A stretch of 64,000 nt of DNA from Callorhinchus milii (GCF_018977255.1 NW_024704742.1:32986001-33050000); one strand, 5' to 3'. Numbered from the stretch's first letter, positions 1 through 11,722 are shown. The notes: generated by a model not told the origin, from the letters alone. Numbers and translations are program-made.

Positions 1-210
1 GCCGCCAAGCCTTGGCTCTTGCCAACCTGCAATTAATAGTTTTGGTAATTAGGTCAGCAGGATGTGTTCCTCCAGAGAAAGAGTGCACTTCCATTCCAAC
101 CATCTATATCTGGGATTTCCATGTGTAGGTGGGATGCATGGAACTTTCAGTTTGGTTTGGATACTCTTAATCACAGTGATGGCTTTCTGCATGTGTCAGG
201 CACCTTGCAA
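1..210 (+). mobile_element. Family X LINE 3' fragment
   Basis: Aligns by eye to ~9380-9585 (ccaagcc.tggctcttgccaac...ttaggtcagcagg...gggatttccatgtgtag.tgggatgcatgg). Cut by the window edge. Confidence 0.8.
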
Positions 211-1200
211 CATACAACAACCAATACAGTTTTAGTTGGTTAAAATCCAACAGTGCTCCAATGCACAATTTGTTTCCCCAAGCCTTGGCTTTTCCCAACC
301 TGACTTAAATTGTTCCAGTTTAATAATGCTGCTATAAGAGAAAATGGTCTTAAAAGCTGCATTGAAAGGCAAGTATTAAGACAAACCATCATAACAAGTC
401 GAATTAAAGACCTAGATTAAGTGTAATAAAGCACAATAACTGATATTTATTAAATTCTCATTAGCTTACTTATTCTGGTATGTATGTATGAAAAAATGTC
501 TTTAAATGCAACATCCTTCATGAGACAAAGGGGTAAACATTCAGCAGGTGGTGTTATCACCAATGACAATTACAACATTGATCATGAATGCAGTCAGATG
601 CAGTCAGTAGTTATCCGTGGACTCGAGAAAAGTTCCCTTCAATAACCATTCACTCTGCTTTTTACCACATTTTTGGTCGATGTGATTATTTATTGGTGCT
701 GCTATCACATGTCACATTTTCCCCCTGAACTATTTCCATTCACCTGAAAAAAAGTTTCCCAGCAGTTTGTGCTCTGTTGGGGATGTAACTGTACTCGGAC
801 ACATGACTGTTTCATAAGATAGTTTCATAAAGTTTTGCACATGAGATCACAATTGAAGCATTTCACTAACCTGCAAACAAATTAATGAAGTATTGGAAAT
901 ATGTTTTATCTTCTGCTGGGTTTAACAAGCATTACTGGAGTAACAGAAGACAAATGAACTATGCTGACACAGAACCCCAGGACGATTTCCTGATTCCTGA
1001 GGCGAGTTCTGAAGAGGAAGCCACTTTACAAATCCATTAAACTGGAAAAAAATGGCAAAAGCTGACAGGAAAGAAGTAGATGTGTCACAGCTGGCTGAGT
1101 TTTATTGATCACTCTGACATGTCAAATGACAGTAAAGTGCTCTTGTTTCCAACAATTTGTGAAGTTCTCCTTTCCTTGAACTTTGGAATCCAATGAGAGA

Positions 1201-1214
1201 GTTGCCATAGAAAC
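1201..1214. promoter_or_regulatory. Candidate RFX X-box
   Basis: GTTGCCATAGAAAC versus consensus GTTGCCATGGCAAC, in non-repetitive sequence. Confidence 0.35.
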
Positions 1215-1465
1215 AAGTGCCTTTTCATTTATTTATTTTCAACCCAAGTGTTTCTATTAACCTTTGACTCATCCTATTTGCCCTCTCTCTTATAAAGAGA
1301 CTCCCCAACTCACGATTTCAAATCTGATAAAAGAGTCACACATGAAATTTTTATTTATCTTTCCCTTTCATGTGCTTGTTGACCTGCTATGTTTATTTCC
1401 GGCAATTTTGTTTTATTTTGCCTTCTGATCTCCAATGTACTAGAATAGGTGTCAGCCTCAGACAG

Positions 1466-1832
1466 GCTCAGTTGGTAGCACTCTTAACTCTGAGTCAGAA
1501 AGTTATTGGTTCAAGTTTCACGTCAGGTCGTTGTACTCAAACAGGCTAGTCTGATACTTCAAATCAATGGGGAAAATTGTATTGTTTGAGATGTCGTTCT
1601 TCAGATGAGATATTAAACAAAGTCTGCCTGCTCAGGTGGACAGAATGGTTTCTCCCTCTGTCCTGGCCAACAATCGTCCAGATAAAATTGATCATCTGTT
1701 TGTGGATCAATGCTGTCTTCAAATTAGTTGCTGCATTTTCCTACAAAGATCAGTCACTACACTTGACAGTAATCATTATAAAGAGCTTTGAGATGCTTTA
1801 ACGTAATAAGGCACTGGAAATAAAAGCAAGCT
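1466..1832 (+). mobile_element. Older Deu-domain tRNA-SINE (SacSINE1/AmnSINE1-like)
   Basis: ggctcagttggtagcactct...ggttcaag head; cttcagatgagatattaaac...tgtcctggccaaca core, recalled as the Deu domain; L2-like tail. Confidence 0.7.
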
Positions 1833-2609
1833 GTTTCTTCAGAGGGGCTTTGCTGAGGCTGCAACCCTTTCCTTCACCTTCCCAGATATGCTTATCTTAT
1901 AGCTGAGTGAAACCATGAAATGGGAAGAAAAACAGAGAGCTCACCCACTCACATATTTAGCATCTAAGTTAGCAAAGCAAATTCTTTAACTGATTAATGT
2001 GTTCAAAACATCCAGTCCATTTTGTACATTCAGCTTGTGGGCCTCATTAATGTTTTGTCATACTATATATGTAATAAACGCCCCATTGCCAACCTCAGAA
2101 ACTGTCAGATAGCAGCACTCCCTCTATCCCGAAGGAGTAACAAACATTTTGGCAGACTGCAGAAAACCGCTTGTGGTCTGCTTGTGGGCTCCAGGCAATA
2201 TTGTGTAAGACTTTGGATCTGAACCCAACCCCTTCCAGCTCCACCTCATTTACCACTCGTTAGCTTACTTATTCTGGTTCCTTTCCAACTTTACTGATAT
2301 TTATCAGGTATTTACCCAAATTATAAATGCTGGAATCTAAAACACGGAGATTTCAAATGGAACTACTTGAGAAAAAATGTCCAAGATACAAATAGGATAT
2401 CTTCCACTCACTGGAAGTGCATTAAACCAACCTGTGTTCTCCAATCCGATCTACTTCCAGACTGGGGATATGGTGGGTGGGAATAATGTACTTCTGATTA
2501 CCAAAAGGAGTCTCCATTTGTAACTCAGAATCCCATTAGAAATCATTGCATTGTGTATTTTTCTATGAATCTTATGTTCTGTCTGACCCGACATCCATCA
2601 GTGTCCACC

Positions 2610-3935
2610 AGAGCAAAATTGTAGTATCTATTCACGAGAAGGGCCACACCAGGCAGACCAAAAACTAACTAGGTATCTCATTAATTTCAGTGACTTCAGT
2701 GACTCCACCACTATGGTGGCAGTTGAGGTAGTCACTGAACATATTTCAGATGCATTGGAGGCCAGGAAGAAACAGACAGTGTGTAGGGTAGGTTGTGTCT
2801 TTGCATGAGATGTTGTAATGCTCAGAGGAAATCTATTTATGTTGTGTTCATTGATTTCCATAAAGTTTTTGACCCAGCACTTCATGAAGACCTCATGACA
2901 AAATTGGAAACCAAGGTAAAACAAGACCAAATTTTGGATTTTATCCAGAATGTGTAGTCCAGCTCCAATATTCATGTTAAGTTTAATGGGGGACTCACCG
3001 AGCAGGGTTGGGGGATGCAGTTCACTGCTGCCAACTTTATTTGATGTCCTCATCAATGATTATTAAATGGCATTGAGTGGGATGGACTTGGTGTATCTGC
3101 TCCAGGCATTTCTGTTAGAATGGTGATGCTTTGTTGCAGATGATACTGTGCTGTTGGTAGACTCACCTAGGGATCTCATCAACTGGGGATTTCATGCGCT
3201 GTACTAATCATCTTGAACACTGGTCCATTCAGTGGCAAATGATGGTGAGCACTCTCAAGTGCAGTATAACAGCTCTGCACAACTTGAGAGGAGACCTTGA
3301 ATGTATTGACTGGAACCTACAAGGGGCATGTGTCCCAATTATTGATTCTTAGGGGGATTGTAGTGGGCACAGACTTTTGTTTGGATACTGTCTTTGAGAC
3401 CCTGAGAAGAGGCAAAAAAACACAACAATGGAATATCAGAACTAAGTTACCCCTTTGTGTGCTCTTGGTAGTCTGGTTCCTGAACCAGGTGGATCCAGAG
3501 TTCTCCAGTCACTGCTAATGACAGACCAGCCAACTGGACTCATCGACAGAACTCAGAGGATCAGACGGGATCAGAGGAATCCTCCCACTCAGCTCCAGTT
3601 AATCCTGTAAGTTTATGCTGTAATGAGTACAGTGCTTTTAGATGGACAAGCAGGAAACTTGCCAAACAGTGCTCTCAGCAGTAAGCTGCAAATGGTTTTA
3701 GTTCACCTTAACTCTTGCTAACCTGTGCCTAATACTCTCCAGAATTAGGTAAGCAGGCTGCATCCCTCCAGGGAGAAAGATGCATTCTCCAGGTACATTC
3801 CATTCCAGACACAAAGAAATTTTCATATGTGGGTGGCATACATATGTGGAACTATCAGTCTGGTTTTAGTACTGTTAAGCATGGTACCTGGTTTAAGCAT
3901 GGAAGTCTACATGTGTCAGACAGTTGCTGATGAAA
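2610..3935 (+). mobile_element. Decayed, internally deleted non-LTR retrotransposon (non-CR1/L2, RTE-group-like RT); longest copy of family X
   Basis: Ordered RT motifs across frameshifts: IVVSIHEKG..KN*LGISLISV (from 2618), QCVG*VVSLHEM, YVVFIDFHKVFD (2838-2873), GCSSLLPTLFDVLIND (3013-3060), FVADDTVLLVDSPRDL (3130-3177), LEHWSIQWQMMVSTLKCSI (from ~3212). These are followed by the ~500-bp 3' segment shared with the other copies. Confidence 0.8.
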
Positions 3936-4716
3936 AAGACCAGCCTATTAAGCAATGTTAAAATTATACGTATGTTATAACAGGTCTGCAAAATAATGGC
4001 TACTGGTCTCACTTCTTTAGTCTTGCTTGCGGGACTAATTGAAACGCAGATCTAGGAAATCAGCTGCTCTGCTTCAGAATAGTACTGCACTGCTGGCATA
4101 GTTGGACTCCCATTATACCAACTTATCTGCACAATAAATGGACTCATGCTGTATAACAAGTCATATTATGACAGAGTCATACTGCATGCAGCAAGTTTAT
4201 TTTATTTTGCAAACCTAACAAATTTGGCCATATTCGATAACAAGATGTATATCAGTCCAGATCAAGAATCTAGACTTTTGAATTTCACCTCGACATCTGA
4301 GACACAAATAATAGTTAAACATTATTCACTCACCTAATAATTGTTTTCAAAAGACCTTTTTTCCTCAGGTACTATTTAAAATATTTTCGAATGGATTGGG
4401 TAATTCATTCAAGAGCCAAAGAAAATGACCATTATTTCCATTTGCTCCTTCCCATACCAGTTTCTGCTATTACTGTCTTTTGCACTATATGCACAGCAGG
4501 GTCACATATGTTCAGTGAGGTCAGCATGTTTCGATGTCATTGTGTGATTGATGGAGTGTGTGAGGAGTCTGCTCAGGTGACATTTAAACTTGAGGGAGAA
4601 ACACTAAAAACAATGATTCCAAGGTAAACAGTGTACTTTTGCATGGTCGCCTCAGAGTATCTGTAAAGGAAAAAGAATCAGGCCTACAGGGCTTTTTTTT
4701 AAAAAAATTGTGCCTC

Positions 4717-4741
4717 TGTGTGTGTGTGTGTGTGTGTGTGG
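4717..4741. repeat. (TG)n microsatellite
   Basis: About 12 TG units. Confidence 0.95.
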
Positions 4742-5689
4742 CGGGGAGACATTATTGCGCAGTTCCAGATCTATTGCACCAAATGAATGCCAAATATATG
4801 TTAAGTTGTTCCTGTGCTGCACATTTTGTATTTATGCAATGCCAAGATTTTCAAAGTACCAGCCGACTCTTTAAATTATCTCTGGAAATTAAACTGCCTC
4901 CTAGAAATTGTCTCCTACAGCTCTTGCTTCGTATTGAACAAGAAGCTGACGCAAGCCCTGCCTTTATTACTTAAAAAAACTTCCTGCAGTGAAAGAGGCC
5001 ACTTTGGTATTTTCTACTGATTGAAAAGAGGCAACTGTCTTCTCAGCTCTTTCTAATCAACAACAAATTCTTTGGCAATACAAGAGTCAGCAAACGGCAC
5101 TATGTGCCAATGTTTGAGCATACATGCATGAGAATCTGTTGTCCCTTCATTCCTTATTGTGAGCAGACAATATATAACCGTATGCTCCATATTCAGACTA
5201 CAACACAAATGCTACTATTTGTACTCCATTCGTCTGCATGACTCATGAAACAACTGTATCTGGGTTTTATATAGTCCTTGGTGGTACATTCCCATATCAT
5301 TCACATATGCAAAAAATGAGGTAGAAATTTTCCAATACTTAATCAGATGTACAGATGTGACTATCAGATCATTTCACTCTAGAAGGTCTTCATTATTTAC
5401 CTGGATAATCAGAACCGGTGCAGAATGCTAACAACCACAACATACTTTGCAGGGGTTAAAGAAAGCAGAGCAGAAGGCATGTGACAGCTGGCCTCTGCTC
5501 TCCAGCCTCCACGATGTTTATTTTACTGTTGCTCTGGTTCATTTACTTTTTCAAAATATAGTCAGTGGCGTAGCTGCTCTCAACTACCCTGTTATAAATT
5601 ATACCTGACAAAAGGGATCTACATTGTGGGAGTTGAAAAATAATTCAGAATCAGTGACCCCAGATAAGATGCAATTGACCTGACCATCA

Positions 5690-8212
5690 CCTGAAACTCT
5701 CCTTGCACCACCTCTTCAGATTTCATTGCCCTCCTCTCCTCCCTAAAACCTCACCCTCCACATCGACTTGTCAACCCACAACCGTGGCTACTCCCTCGAC
5801 CTCGTCATCACACATGGCCTTAACATTTCCGAACTGTCAATCATGAACAAGGCCATCTTGGACCACTTCCTCATCTCCCTCTCCTCCTACAATCCCCCTC
5901 CCCTCTTCCAAACCCGCCACCATTTTCTTCTGCCCTTGGAAAAAGCTTCCCCCTGAATCCCTCACAAATGCCCTCTCTTTCTTGGATCTCCTCTCCCTCT
6001 GGTCCTCCACCCGCAGCGATCCTGAATGACCGTATTTCCCACAACCTTCAATTCTCTGACTCCCCTGAAATCCTGGGCAGTTTCCAAACCCGCCCGCTCC
6101 CCCGGTACAACAGTAATCTCTGCTCACTCAAAACACAAACCCGGATGCTCGAGCACAGATGGCAGAAATCCGGCCTCACGATTCACCACCAGCTGTGGCT
6201 CGAGCACCTCCGCACCTACTGCCACTCCCTTTCACAGGCCAAAACTGACTTTTACTCCAAAATCATGCTGGAGGCAAACAACAATCCAAAGACACTGTTT
6301 TTCACTGTCCATCACCTCCTCCGTGTACCCACCTCCCGTCAAGCCCCCTTGATCCTCACGTCTAAACGCCAAGTGCGAAGAGGTCCTAGACTTCTTTGCC
6401 TGAAAAATTGAAACATCTGCTTGGCAGCATCATTCCACACCTCCCCCTCCCCCACCATGTCCCCTTTCACCCCACCCAGACTATCCACACCACCTTCTCC
6501 CTCTGCCACAGCTCCTGCTACTCCCCCCTCCTTACACCTTTGCTCCCATTTCTCCCTCCTCCCTCTCAATCACAATAACCCAGATGAAGTTCACAACTTG
6601 CTATCTTGAACCTCCACACCCAGCTGCTGGTCACTCAACTTCCCCTTCTCTCTCCCCTGCTGGCTGACACGGTCAACCAGTCTCTCTCCTCAGGCTCCGT
6701 TCCACTCCCCCTGAAAACCACTGTCATCACACCCCTCCTCAAAAAACACACCCTTGATCCCTCTAATCTCTCACACTACCATCCCATCCTCAACCTACCC
6801 TTCCTTGCCAAAGTCCTGGAATGCATTGTTGCAGGTCAACCTCGATCACATCTCTCCCTCCATTCCCTCCTCGAGCCCCTGCAGTCTGGTTTTCACTCTG
6901 CCCACAGCACAGACAGCGCTTGTCAAACTCACAAACAACAATCTCTCTATCTGTGACCAGGGCTCCCTCTGCCTCCTCGTCCTTCTGGATCTCTCTGCCG
7001 CGTCTGACACAATCGACCATGCCGTCCTCCTCCATCGGTTCTCCTCCCTCATCTACCTTAGTGGGACCGCACTCACAGGGTTCCAGTCCTACTTAACCAA
7101 CCACCTCCACTTCATCTCAGCAAAGCGTTTCTCCTCCTGCCCCTGCCGGGTCACCTGCAGGGTACCTCAAGGCTCCATCCTTGACCCTCTTCTTTTCCTT
7201 AACTATATGCTCCCTTTGTGCGATGTCATCTGCAGACACGGGGTAAACTTCTACATGAATGCAGATGACACACAAATCTACTTTGTCTCCTCCAGTACGA
7301 ACTCCAGGTCTGCCGATGAGCTAACAGCTTGTCTGGGAGACATCAAAGCCTGGATGAGTGTAAACTTCCTGCAGCTGAATATGCACAAGATGGAAGCCAT
7401 AATCCTTGGCTCCCGTCAACAGCTTCACTCCTAAAGATCTAAACTCCTCAACCTCCCTAGACTCTCCCTCAGACTCACTGAATCTGTGCGCAACCTAGGC
7501 ATCCGGTTCGACCTCCAACTGTCCTTCCTTCCCCACATCCGGTCCCTGACCAGGACCGCCTTCTTCCACCTCCACCACATTGCCTGCCTCTGACCGTACC
7601 TTATCCCAAATGCAGCCGAAACCCTCGTGCATGCATTTGTCACCTCTCGCTTGGATTATTCCAATGCACTCCTTGTCGGTCTCCCCAGCTCCACCATTCA
7701 CAAGATCCAGCTCATTCAAAACTCTACCACTCGCATACTGACCCAGACCAAACTCTGTACCCACACCTCACCAGTTCTGGCCAGGCTCCACTGGCTCCCC
7801 ATCACTGAGCAGATCTACTTCAAGATCGTCACACTCATGTTCAAATCCATTCACTCCCTGGCACCTCCCTACCTCTCCAACCTCCTCACTCCCCAATCCA
7901 CCACCCAGTGCCTCCACTTGACTAGCACCAGCCTCCTGCTTGTCCCTCGCACCCTCTGCCCCACCATTGGAGGTCGTGCTTTCAGCCACTATGCCCCAAA
8001 ACTCTGGTACACTCTCCATCATTCCTTTAGGCTTGGCCCCTCTCTCCCCTCTTTCAAGTATCACTTGAAAACTTTCCTGTTCGACCATGTTTACGCCTAC
8101 ATCCCCACTCCCCCCAGCTCGGAGTCAGGCTCCGCCACTGTTAAGCACTCTGAGTTGCTGCCCTGTGTGGAGGGTGCTATATAAGTGCAAGTTTTTGTGG
8201 ATGTTGTTGTTG
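5690..8212 (+). mobile_element. L2-clade LINE, 5'-truncated and frameshifted (older subfamily)
   Basis: Endonuclease end (THNRGYSLDLVIT...DHFLI), RT motifs (LLDLSAASDTIDH, VPQGSILDPLLF, ADDTQIY) and C-terminus ([15 protein letters not shown]...LHWLPI...[13 protein letters not shown]) spread over several frames. Ends tatataagtgcaag...gttgttgttg. Confidence 0.95.
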
Positions 8213-9089
8213 ACCCTCTGGACCCTCTGGTACTCTGTTCGGACACCAATCTCAGTTTGAACTTTCATGAAACCTACCCATGTATTGCACATTAAACCAG
8301 CCACATTAAACCACATTTATGAGGTCTTTTAAATTTTACAAATGGGGTGGAACATGGGGTGAAAATTGTGACCTTGTTGTGGAGTTTGTTAAACGGTTGG
8401 ACCCAAAGCTTTCAGCAGACATCATGGAGGTTGCAGTTCTCAAAGATTTTGGGTGCGATTCCCAGGACTCCAGCTCAGACACTCAGCTCAGCTCACATTG
8501 AATTACTTGTTACAGTTTCAACCCATTGATTCCAAGTTGCTTGTGGACCTACAGATTTATTATGACCTATCCTTTCCTAAAGAGAAATGGTTGTGTAAAA
8601 TTATTCTACTCACCAAGAACTGTTTCCTTTTAAAACATATTTATGTAAAGATTGGATTTTAAGTCTCACAAAACACTTTTCTCCTTTGTTTAATTATTTG
8701 GATGCTGACTTCATAAGGCTGCCAATTCGTAACCATCTTGTTTATATTCATATTATTTGTAAAATAATAACTATTATGATTTAACAGAAAATTCTAAATA
8801 TATAAATCTTCTGAGACCAACAAAATGATAGACTATGTCACTTCAAATATTTTGGTTAAACTGTTTTTTTCTTAAATTGACTGACAGTCAACTCACATGA
8901 TGCGCAATGTACTATATGCACAATGAGATTTTTTGTTTTAATGAACCAACTCAGCCAATTTTTATTTTACCAAATGACTAATTATCTGCATTGTTTCTTT
9001 GTCCGCAATGAGTCCGGTTCCAATTTATTGGTATAACTAGCTTAATTTAGTGCGTTCTGTATTAAAACTATTTGCTCATCCTCTCCAGC

Positions 9090-9601
9090 TGGTCCTCTGT
9101 GGCACAGTAGGTTTCCTGAACCAGGTAGATCCATAGGTTTCCAAGGCACTGCTACTGACAGCACCGCCAGCCCGGCTCATCAGCAGGACTTGGAAGGGGA
9201 GACCAGTCACTAGGGACAGGGACGCGTTCCACTCAATTCCCGTTAACCCTGCAAGCCAACAGATAGGGTGGTCCTGGCTGGACAAACAGCAGGAAAGCTT
9301 GCCAGACAGTGCCATTATTGGCAAGCCATGCGGTTTTAGCTGGTTAGGCTCCAGTAGCACCCCAATGCACACCATGGATCCCCAAGCCATGGCTCTTGCC
9401 AACTTGCGCCTAATACTTTCCAGTATTAGGTCAGCAGGGTGTGTCCCTCCAGGGAGAGAGTGCGCTTCCATTCCAACAATCTATCTCTGGGATTTCCATG
9501 TGTAGATGGGATGCATGGGATTCTCGGTTTGGTCTGGATACTCTTAACCATGGTGATGGTTTCCTCATGAGTCAGACACCCTCGCTGGCTCCAAAAAAAA
9601 A
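9090..9601 (+). mobile_element. Family X LINE 3' fragment with A-rich end
   Basis: Colinear with ~3450-3935; ends gctggctccaaaaaaaaa. Confidence 0.8.
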
Positions 9602-9679
9602 TTGTCCTCCCGAAAGGGTAAACAAATTCCAAGCGCTAGCAATAAAACCCGACACACGTGGGAGGTTTCTGAGAATGTA

Positions 9680-10000
9680 ATAATAATAATAATAATCCTT
9701 GCATTTGATATAGCGCTTTTCACGTCGGGAGGACGTCCCAAAGCGCTTCACAGAACACACTGTAAAGTGAATTGACTGTATATTTGTGGGCGAACGCGGC
9801 AGCCAATTGCGCACAGCAATGTCCCACAAACAGTCGTAGATTGAAAATGACCAATTTATTATTGTTTTTGGTTTTGGAGGGATTATTATTAGGCTCTGTG
9901 TGGAGTAAGGAAACTTGCCCAAGGTTTCGCCCTGACTGGAATTGAACTCAGGTCTCTCACTTGCAAAGCGAGTGCTCTAACCACTGAGCTACAGGACTCC
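9680..10000 (-). mobile_element. Full-length young tRNA-Ala-derived SINE (short variant)
   Basis: Minus strand reads GGAGTCCTGTAGCTCAGTGGTTAGAGC (A box)...TTGCA...GAGTTCAATTCC (B box), a Deu-like body, an L2-like tail and (TTA)n. ATGTA flanks both ends (9675-9679, 10001-10005). Confidence 0.92.
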
Positions 10001-10253
10001 ATGTACAAACTCCCCTGTGTATCTTAATGGCAATCTTATCAGGTCCTTAAGTCAGAACGCACTGAAAGTTGCTGCTGAGATTTACTTGTGGTGTTGCACG
10101 TAAGGACAGTGTGTCGGGGAGCAGTGAGACGGGCTGGGTATGGATGGCGCAATCCAAGAGAGGACACATCAGATGCTGCTTTTTAGTTGGCTCCCGGCTG
10201 CGGGCTTGAAAGAGCAAGAACAACAGGGGTCGGAGGGAGAGGGAGAGGGAGCA

Positions 10254-10371
10254 AGGCAGGCAGGGCAGGGAGGGCAGGGCAGGGAAGGGAAGGCAGGGCA
10301 GGGCAGGGGAGGGCAGGGCAGGGCAGGGAGGGCAGGGAGGGCAAGGCAGGGCAGGGCAAAGCTGGGCAGGG
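10254..10371. repeat. (GGGCA)n degenerate pentamer array
   Basis: About 20 GGGCA/GGGA/AGGCA units. Confidence 0.9.
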
Positions 10372-10754
10372 CGCTGCTCAGGCGAAGGTGAAAGCAGTGC
10401 AGGAGTCACTCACTCACTCATTCACTCACTGAGCCTCTCACTCACAGGAACTTCAGCAGCGCATCTGACCCACACAGTGGGACACACAGTGGGACCGACA
10501 TCAGCCAACAGCAGCCAGAGCAGAGCAGCCAGAGCACAGCAGCCAGAGCAGCCCCAGCGGGTCCCCCACCCCCCACACCCCACCCCGCTCTCCCTCTGCT
10601 TTTTACGTCCGATCTGACCCTTCAGCCCAAGTGACCAGAAATGGTGAACGCGGTCCTCGTTGGGGGGATGACAGCAGCGGGAAAAAAAGCGGACAACCGA
10701 GGCAGCACTTCAGCGCACAGTCACTGTCTGCCCTTTTAGAGAAACTCACTGAGA

Positions 10755-10935
10755 GACAGACACACAGATATATATATATATATAGATACAGATACACAAT
10801 ACATACACATATACAGATATATATATATATATAGATACACAATACATATACAGATATATATATAGATACACATACACACATATACACACATATATATAGA
10901 TACACATACACACATACACACATATATATATATAT
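10755..10935. repeat. Compound (TA)/(CA)/(GATA) microsatellite
   Basis: Directly visible AT-rich low-complexity run inside the GC-rich region. Confidence 0.9.
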
Positions 10936-11143
10936 TTTTTTCGACCTCAATTTTTTTTGGGGGGGTTCGTTTTGCATTTGTTTATTATTATTTATTTGGC
11001 GGGAGCTCGGCTCGGCTCGGTTCGATCCCGGGGTAGAAACCCGCTCCCGGATGCCTTGAAAGGGGCGCAGGAAGAGCCGGGGGTGGGGGTGGGTGTGGGT
11101 GGGGAGGGGGGGGGGAGAGAGAGGAGGGCTGCAGCTTCCAGTC

Positions 11144-11433
11144 ATGGTGGGGGCACTGGCCGGGTTTTCAGTGGCCAGTCTCTTGACGTTTGGCTACCTG
11201 TCCCGGGACTGGCCACCAGGACCCGGGTCTTCCTCGGGGGGCAGTGAGCCCCCCTCCAAGCCCCACCTGATCTTCATCCTGGCCGACGACCAGGGCTTCC
11301 ACGACGTGGGCTACCACGGGTCCGAAATCCGCACGCCCACCCTCGACAGACTGGCCGCCCAAGGGGTCAAGCTGGAGAACTACTACATCCAACCCATCTG
11401 CTCCCCGTCCAGGAGCCAACTCATCACTGGCCG
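11144..11433 (+). CDS. Arylsulfatase I/J-family gene, coding exon 1 (signal peptide and N-terminal sulfatase domain)
   Basis: ATG at 11144 gives [20 protein letters not shown] (hydrophobic leader), then [58 protein letters not shown]. This includes the metal-binding DD pair and the CxPSR motif (Cys codon 11399-11401). GT donor at 11434, phase 2. Confidence 0.95.
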
Positions 11434-11516
11434 GTAGAGTATCGATCAATAGTCGCTACTGGTATTCTTCCTTCCTGGCTCCTCGCCTCCTCCTCCTCCT
11501 CTCCTCCTCCTCATCC

Positions 11517-11722
11517 TCACTCACTCCACTCACTCACTCCACTCACTCACTCACTCCACTCCACTCCACTCCACTCACTCACTCCACTCACTCCACTCCA
11601 CTCACTCACTCACTCACTCCACTCACTCACTCACTCCACTCCACTCCACTCACTCCACTCACTCACTCACTCCACTCACTCACCCACTCACTCACTCCAC
11701 TCACTCACTCACTCACTCACCC
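11517..11722. repeat. (CACT/CCACT)n array at the start of intron 1
   Basis: About 200 bp of mixed tetramer and pentamer units; a short array of the same motif lies at 10407-10445. Confidence 0.92.

Larger units (their letters stand above)
10150..11460 (+). promoter_or_regulatory. CpG/GC-rich promoter and 5' UTR region of the arylsulfatase gene
   Basis: Clear local rise in GC and CpG against the AT-rich, CpG-poor flanks, covering exon 1. The TSS cannot be placed from sequence. Confidence 0.6.

Noticed and set aside
2628..3056. 142-aa minus-strand ORF
   Set aside because: Antisense shadow of the decayed RT on the + strand.
5690..8212. Functional or domesticated reverse transcriptase
   Set aside because: Multiple frameshifts and stops, 5' truncation and a degenerate catalytic motif (NADD).
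9076..9680. 131-aa minus ORF and overlapping ORFs as a novel gene
   Set aside because: They lie in a family X repeat copy, and I saw no equivalent open frame in the other copies.
9925..10000. tRNA-Ala gene (also ~43882, ~45020, ~52080, ~53125)
   Set aside because: These are SINE heads that run directly into SINE body and tail, without a proper acceptor stem.
11093..11143. GTG-initiated N-terminal extension of exon 1
   Set aside because: Low-complexity G-run. The ATG at 11144 starts a leader matching the ARSI/ARSJ N-terminus.
10047..11145. ORFs of 60-180 aa on both strands (PALPC, GQGRA and YIYI repeats)
   Set aside because: Translations of microsatellites.
11517..11722. CRISPR-like or other prokaryotic array
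   Set aside because: Simple repeat without spacers; the window is clearly eukaryotic.
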